Positions 31,555 to 35,856 of a DNA stretch of 35,856 nt are shown here, one piece after another. Within the stretch, counting starts at the first letter, position 1. The number at the start of each line of letters is the position of its first letter. The notes below the pieces were generated by a model. The model saw only the letters and a program-made list of their open reading frames with translations, ran no database searches and was not told the origin of the DNA. This DNA is from Acidobacteriota bacterium. Its GTDB lineage: Bacteria; Acidobacteriota; Vicinamibacteria; Vicinamibacterales; UBA2999. The stretch is taken from positions 1 to 35,856 of the forward strand of contig JAIVJN010000050.1 in assembly GCA_020200025.1 (NCBI GenBank), in the 5' to 3' direction. Both the position numbers and the translations under genes were made by a program.

Positions 31555-33699
31555 TCAGACCTGTCGCCGCAGGCGGATCGCATTCGCGACCACGATGAGC
31601 GACGTGCCGGTGTCGGCGACGACCGCCATCCACAGGGAGGCGAGGCCGGAGACCGCGAGCAGCAAGAAGATGACCTTGAGGGCGAGCGAGATCGCGATGT
31701 TCGCCCGGATGTTGCGAACGGTCGCGCGGCTGAGGCGCAGCGCGTAGGTCACCTTCGACAACTCGTCGGTCATGAGGGCGATGTCGGCCGTCTCGAGCGC
31801 TGCGGCGCTCCCCATCGCACCCATCGCGATGCCGACGTCGGCAGCCGCAAGGGCCGGCGCATCGTTGACGCCATCGCCGATCATCGCAACGGCACCGACC
31901 TGAGCGCGAATCGCGCGCACGGCGGCGACCTTGTCTTCCGGCAGCAAACCCGCGCGCACATCGTCGACATTCAGCCGCGCGCCCACCGCTCGGGCGGTCG
32001 CCTCATGGTCCCCGGTCAACATCGCGACCGTTGTGATGTCGTGACGGTGGAGTGCGGCAATCACACTGGCGGCGCTGTCCCGAACCTCGTCGGCAACGCC
32101 GAGCGCGCCGATGACCTGGCCGTTGCGCGATACGATCACCGGTGACATCCCGCTCGACACGAGGGAGTCCACCAACGTGTCGGCCGCAGCGGTCATCAGG
32201 CCGCGATCGCGAAATAGTCTCGCGTTGCCGCATATGACGCCGTCGCCGTCCAGTCGTCCTTCGGCCCCGAGGCCGGGCAAGGCGCGAACGTTGGTGGCGT
32301 GGACGAGTGGCACGCGCATGTGGTGAGCGGCACGGACGATCGCCGCAGCGATCGGATGCTCCGAGCGCGATTCGATGCTCGCGGCGGTCGCGACGAGCAC
32401 GCGTTCATCGACGCCGATTGGACTGATTGCCAGGACACGCAGGACACCCTTGGTGAGCGTTCCCGTCTTGTCGAAGGCGATGGCTCGAACCGCGGCGAGC
32501 CTCTCGAGGTGCACTCCACCCTTGATCAGCACGCCCTGTCGAGCTCCTCCCGCGAGAGCCGAGACGATCGAGACGGGCGTCGAGATGACGAGCGCGCACG
32601 GGCAGGCGATGACGAGCAGCACCAGGCCGCGGTAGAACCACACGGCGAACGGGGCGGCAGCGACGAGCGGGGGCACGGTCGCCACGAGAATCGCGAGAAC
32701 GATCACCGCGGGCGTGTACCAGCGCGCGAAGCGGTCGACGAATTGCTGCGCCGGAGCGCGCTCGGCCTGTGCCGTCTCGACGAGATGGATGATTCGCGCG
32801 AGCGTGGTGTCCCGGCGATGGCGCGTGACCGTGACGTCGAGGGCGCCATGACCGTTGATGGTGCCGGCAAAGACCTCGTCGCCGGCACCCTTGTCGACCG
32901 GCAGCGACTCGCCCGTGATGGGCGCCTGATTGACGTCCGACTGGCCCGCGAGCACCACGCCGTCGAGGGGAATTTTCTCGCCCGGACGCACGACCATGAC
33001 GGCACCGAGCGCCACCTGATCGACGTGACGGCGTTGGTCGTGGTCGCCGACCTTGATGCGCGCCTCGATCGGTGTCAGGTTCATCAGCGCGCGGATGGCT
33101 TCGCGCGCCCGATCCATGCTGCGCGACTCGAGCCACTGCGCGATCGCAAACAGAAACACCACGGTTGCCGCTTCCGCCCATTCGCCCAGGCCGATGGCGC
33201 CGGCCACCGCCACCAGCATCAGCACGTTGATGTCGAGCGTGCGCTGTCGGAGGGCGCTCACCGCCTTGCGAGCCGGGTACACTCCGCCGGCGAGTATCGC
33301 GGTGACGTAGGCGACGACACGCCAAGCCTCGGGCGCGCCGAAGGCGTCAGCCACGAATCCGAGCACCAACATCGTCGCCGAGGCCAGCACGAACAGCCCG
33401 CGCGAGCGCGACGAGGGCGTGACGATCGGTTCCTCGTGCTCGAGCCACGCCCGCATGCCGGTCTGCGCGACGGCATCGGTGATCGCGGCAGAGGTGAGGA
33501 GAGCCGCGTCGTACTTGACGTGTAAGCGCTGGCCGACCACGTCGGCGACGAGCTCCTCCATGCCGTGCATGGGACGGAGCCGCCGCTCGAGGATGGTGAC
33601 CTCTTCGCTGCAGCAGAGGCCGTCCACTTTGAAGACGGACTCGGCGTGCACTTCACATCGCGTACAGCGAACCTCCGCCGTCGCGCTGGCAGTGCTCAT
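31555..33699 (-). CDS. Heavy-metal translocating P1B-type ATPase (Zn/Cd/Pb-type CPC pump)
   Basis: The motifs are ITGESLPVDK, ACPCALVISTP, FDKTGTLT, SEHPIA and GDGVNDAPAL. The N-terminal metal-binding region carries CTRC and LCCSEE. Length 714 aa. Confidence 0.95.
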   Translation of the reverse strand: MSTASATAEVRCTRCEVHAESVFKVDGLCCSEEVTILERRLRPMHGMEELVADVVGQRLHVKYDAALLTSAAITDAVAQTGMRAWLEHEEPIVTPSSRSRGLFVLASATMLVLGFVADAFGAPEAWRVVAYVTAILAGGVYPARKAVSALRQRTLDINVLMLVAVAGAIGLGEWAEAATVVFLFAIAQWLESRSMDRAREAIRALMNLTPIEARIKVGDHDQRRHVDQVALGAVMVVRPGEKIPLDGVVLAGQSDVNQAPITGESLPVDKGAGDEVFAGTINGHGALDVTVTRHRRDTTLARIIHLVETAQAERAPAQQFVDRFARWYTPAVIVLAILVATVPPLVAAAPFAVWFYRGLVLLVIACPCALVISTPVSIVSALAGGARQGVLIKGGVHLERLAAVRAIAFDKTGTLTKGVLRVLAISPIGVDERVLVATAASIESRSEHPIAAAIVRAAHHMRVPLVHATNVRALPGLGAEGRLDGDGVICGNARLFRDRGLMTAAADTLVDSLVSSGMSPVIVSRNGQVIGALGVADEVRDSAASVIAALHRHDITTVAMLTGDHEATARAVGARLNVDDVRAGLLPEDKVAAVRAIRAQVGAVAMIGDGVNDAPALAAADVGIAMGAMGSAAALETADIALMTDELSKVTYALRLSRATVRNIRANIAISLALKVIFLLLAVSGLASLWMAVVADTGTSLIVVANAIRLRRQV

Positions 33700-33847
33700 C
33701 GGGCCCGGCCGGCGACGGCGCGGCGCGCCTTGCGGCCGACCGTCGTTTCCTGGACGTGTCGCAAGCCTTGCTTGAAGAGCGTCGTAATGTGCCGGTCGTC
33801 GAGCGCGTAGTAGACCTGGGCGCGGGTTCGGCGCGTTTCGGGATCAT
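33696..33847 (-). pseudogene. Remnant of an ArsR/SmtB-family metalloregulator. Only the wing and C-terminal helix are recognisable, and there is no in-frame canonical start.
   Basis: The frame ending in TGA and overlapping the ATPase ATG (ATGA) reads ..ETRRTRAQVYYALDDRHITTLFKQGLRHVQE. This matches the RR.G..VYY.L wing plus C-terminal helix of ArsR proteins. The nearby ATG 33847 is in a different frame. Confidence 0.6.
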
Positions 33848-33862
33848 GGCTGCAGCCCCCTG

Positions 33863-33889
33863 AACATATGAGCAGATGCTCAGATGTAA
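33863..33889 (-). promoter_or_regulatory. AT-richer promoter-like region (TTACAT-15nt-TATGTT on the minus strand) overlapping a 22-bp imperfect dyad; candidate ArsR-type operator
   Basis: CATATGAGCAGATGCTCAGATG (33865-33886) pairs at 9 of 11 positions, with core TGAGCA-GA-TGCTCA. It lies just upstream of the arsR remnant / ATPase unit. Confidence 0.45.
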
Positions 33890-33917
33890 GGATAGCACGA
33901 GCCGGCCGATAGGCTCG

Positions 33918-34385
33918 TTACAACGTCGCGAGCGTCTCCGTCACCTTCGCGTAATCGGGCTCCTTCCGTGCGTCGTCGAGCACCTCGCGGTGGCGGATGA
34001 TGCCGTCCGGGCTGATGACGAACACCGATCGCTTCGCGATGCCCTTGAGGCCGACCATGTCGGGGTTGACGACGCCGTAGGCCGCGATCACCTCTTTGTT
34101 GAAATCGCTGAGCAACGGGAAACCAAATTTCTGCTGGTCGTTCCACGCCTTCAACGCAAAGAACGTGTCGACGCTGATCCCGAGCACCCGCGCCTTTGCC
34201 GACGAGAGTTGCGTGAGACTGTCGCGGAAGGTGCAGAGCTCCGTCTCACAAACCGAGCTGAAGGCGGCCGGAACGAACGCAAGGACCACGGGCCCTTTGG
34301 CGAGCTCGTGGCTCAGCGTGATCGGTTGGCGGTCCTGATTGGGCAGAGTGAATTCTGGCGCGGTCGATCCGATGTCTGCGGGCAT
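33918..34385 (-). CDS. Peroxiredoxin (AhpC/TSA-redoxin family)
   Basis: The sequence is APEFTLPNQD..ITLSEL..GPVVLAFVPAAFSSVCETE ... LGISVD..F.LKAW ... FPLLSDF. GGAG lies 8 nt upstream of ATG 34385. The ORF-track start at 34415 is probably too far upstream. Confidence 0.88.
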   Translation of the reverse strand: MPADIGSTAPEFTLPNQDRQPITLSHELAKGPVVLAFVPAAFSSVCETELCTFRDSLTQLSSAKARVLGISVDTFFALKAWNDQQKFGFPLLSDFNKEVIAAYGVVNPDMVGLKGIAKRSVFVISPDGIIRHREVLDDARKEPDYAKVTETLATL

Positions 34386-34448
34386 GATGACTCCAAGGTG
34401 AAAAGGACTAGACACGATACGAGGTCCAACAGAAGATTGCGCGCCCGC

Positions 34449-35856
34449 CTAGGGCACCAGCAATAGGCGGTGCGCGCGGGCACTTTCGACAGCGCTCCGG
34501 GTGAAAGGCTGCGGGAGATAGCGACCCTCGCGCCAAATCTCGTTCTGATCGAAATAGTGCGGGCTCAGAGGATGGCCTGACTGCCCGGCGGGCCGTGCAA
34601 CGCGTGACCGATCCCAGTCTCCCACATCGAGAATCTGCCGCCACGAGGGATGCTCCCACGCCTCGAAGGGCCGCAGCCGATGATAGCTGACGCGCAGCAC
34701 GGTCGTGCCATCGCCGATCATCTCGATGGGTCCGCGGTTGAAGAGCCAGCCCAGCGGCCGGGCGACATTGGCAATCGGGTGCTCGAAGCGAGCCACGTGC
34801 ACGCGCGACCAGGCCCAATCGTCCTCCGCACCATATCGTTCTCGGAGCCGCTCGGCTGCGTCGAGCGCCGCCAGCAGATACACATCGTCGCGCGTCTCTC
34901 GGCGCTCCACCGTTCCAATGTCGTCGAACCAGTGGCTTCGCGGTTCATCGAGCAGGGCGAACAGTCCGGCAAGACGCTCGGCGCCCGCCCATTCATAGAA
35001 ACGGTTGAAGAGCGGCTCGCCCAACTCGTCGACGAAGGTGCGCCGCCACAAGGCGTGTTCGAGCGCTTGATACATCGCCACAACGGGACGAGCGTCGACG
35101 ACCCGATCCCAGGCGGCGACGCGCTCGAGCAGGTCGAGGGCTGCACGATCGGCTTGTCGACGCTTTCCCTCGGCCAGCGCGTCCGTGGCGCCGGCGAGCA
35201 CGCGCTCGGCGGCCAGGCTGCGGACGTCTGTCTGAAGGCGCGCCGCCAGATCGAGGTCCATCGGCTCGGACTCCGAGAGCACGCTGGTCAGGCGCGTGGC
35301 ACGAAAGGGTGCGGCCCAGTCGCGCGTGATGAGGCCTGCCCACGTCCGATCGACTTCGTTGTTGGCCGAGATGAGGAAGCCGGATTCCGGGTTCAACGTA
35401 CGGGGCAATCCGGCCGCCGGCGCCCGGCCCGTCCATTCGCCTTCACCGGCCCAGCCGTCGACGGGCTGAGTGCCGTCTCCCGAGGCGCGAAGCGGCAAAG
35501 CACCAGACATCGCATAGCCGATGTTGCCGTCGATGTCCGCATAGACGACGTTCTGCGACGGCAAGTCGAAACGCTCGACCGCCGCGATGAACTCGGCCCA
35601 CGTGCCCGCGCGATTGAGCGCCTCGAAGGCGGCGGCCATTTCACCATCGAGCGCGGCCCATTGCAGGGCGTAGGCGCGTTGCTCGCCGGACCGATCGCCC
35701 GATGGCGAGAGCCACGCCGGCGGGGCTTCCCAATCGAGCCCCACGTCAGCGAAGACGGCACCGTGGCGCGTGTGCCAGATCTCGAACGGTTCGGGATCGG
35801 CCCGGCCGCGCACCGGAATGTCGCTCGTCTCCACGCGCACCGGCACCCATTCGCCC
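34449..35856 (-). CDS. Penicillin-acylase (peptidase S45, Ntn-hydrolase) family protein. The C-terminal ~465 aa are present and the N-terminus lies outside the window.
   Basis: The sequence PSQNVVYADIDGNIGY, ESGFLISANNEV and the C-terminal GQSGHPLSPHYFDQ are typical of penicillin/AHL acylases. The ORF is open to the right window edge. Confidence 0.88.
   Translation of the reverse strand, partial: GEWVPVRVETSDIPVRGRADPEPFEIWHTRHGAVFADVGLDWEAPPAWLSPSGDRSGEQRAYALQWAALDGEMAAAFEALNRAGTWAEFIAAVERFDLPSQNVVYADIDGNIGYAMSGALPLRASGDGTQPVDGWAGEGEWTGRAPAAGLPRTLNPESGFLISANNEVDRTWAGLITRDWAAPFRATRLTSVLSESEPMDLDLAARLQTDVRSLAAERVLAGATDALAEGKRRQADRAALDLLERVAAWDRVVDARPVVAMYQALEHALWRRTFVDELGEPLFNRFYEWAGAERLAGLFALLDEPRSHWFDDIGTVERRETRDDVYLLAALDAAERLRERYGAEDDWAWSRVHVARFEHPIANVARPLGWLFNRGPIEMIGDGTTVLRVSYHRLRPFEAWEHPSWRQILDVGDWDRSRVARPAGQSGHPLSPHYFDQNEIWREGRYLPQPFTRSAVESARAHRLLLVP

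Noticed and set aside
33653-33898. 81-aa ORF as a real gene upstream of the ATPase
   Set aside because: It has an Arg/Ser/Ala-rich composition with no motif. A different frame over the same DNA gives the ArsR wing sequence, and the 5' part covers the promoter/operator-like dyad.
1-35856. Mobile element, prophage, defence island or biosynthetic gene cluster
   Set aside because: I recognised no transposase, integrase, recombinase, phage structural, restriction/toxin or NRPS/PKS-type genes. The gene content is core metabolism and envelope functions in conserved arrangements.

Overview
This is a visibly GC-rich bacterial chromosomal window; I did not compute the exact GC content. The gene content suggests a soil Acidobacteriota/Gemmatimonadota-like lineage, but that taxon is only a guess. 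Almost everything here is housekeeping.

Gene content:
- Tetrapyrrole synthesis: a cobA-hemD fusion, hemB and hemL.
- The conserved truA / uppS-cdsA-dxr-rseP envelope-isoprenoid cluster.
- Three separate pyrimidine blocks: pyrE; pyrR-pyrB-pyrC; and pyrK-pyrD-pyrF plus a glutaredoxin-like gene.
- Envelope genes: a TolC-like outer membrane protein, GT2, GT4, a Pal/OmpA-like lipoprotein and a DUF2723 GT-C enzyme.
- A REC-PilZ regulator, an ArsR-type remnant with a P1B-type metal ATPase, a peroxiredoxin, an M28 peptidase, a D-aminoacylase-family hydrolase and a partial penicillin-acylase-family gene.

I saw no rRNA, tRNA, CRISPR array, transposase, integrase or phage genes.

Three things are not ordinary:
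1. Most of the longer intergenic spacers are filled with a modular family of short-word repeats. A 5-mer word recurs every 7-9 nt, often arranged as imperfect dyads. Exact 14-16-mers are shared between loci at 541-730, 23225-23530, 24368-24534 and 27031-27230.
2. At least seven conserved, mostly essential genes are broken by missing internal segments or frame breaks: hemD, hemB, dxr, uppS/cdsA, pyrC, pal-like and arsR. This looks more like missing sequence (removed scaffold gaps or collapsed assembly) than viable biology, and it must be checked against reads.
3. A tightly coupled operon encodes a LysW-like acidic zinc-ribbon protein, a LarE-family PP-loop enzyme and a GT-C membrane glycosyltransferase. 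It is the best candidate for undescribed biochemistry, but that is inference only.
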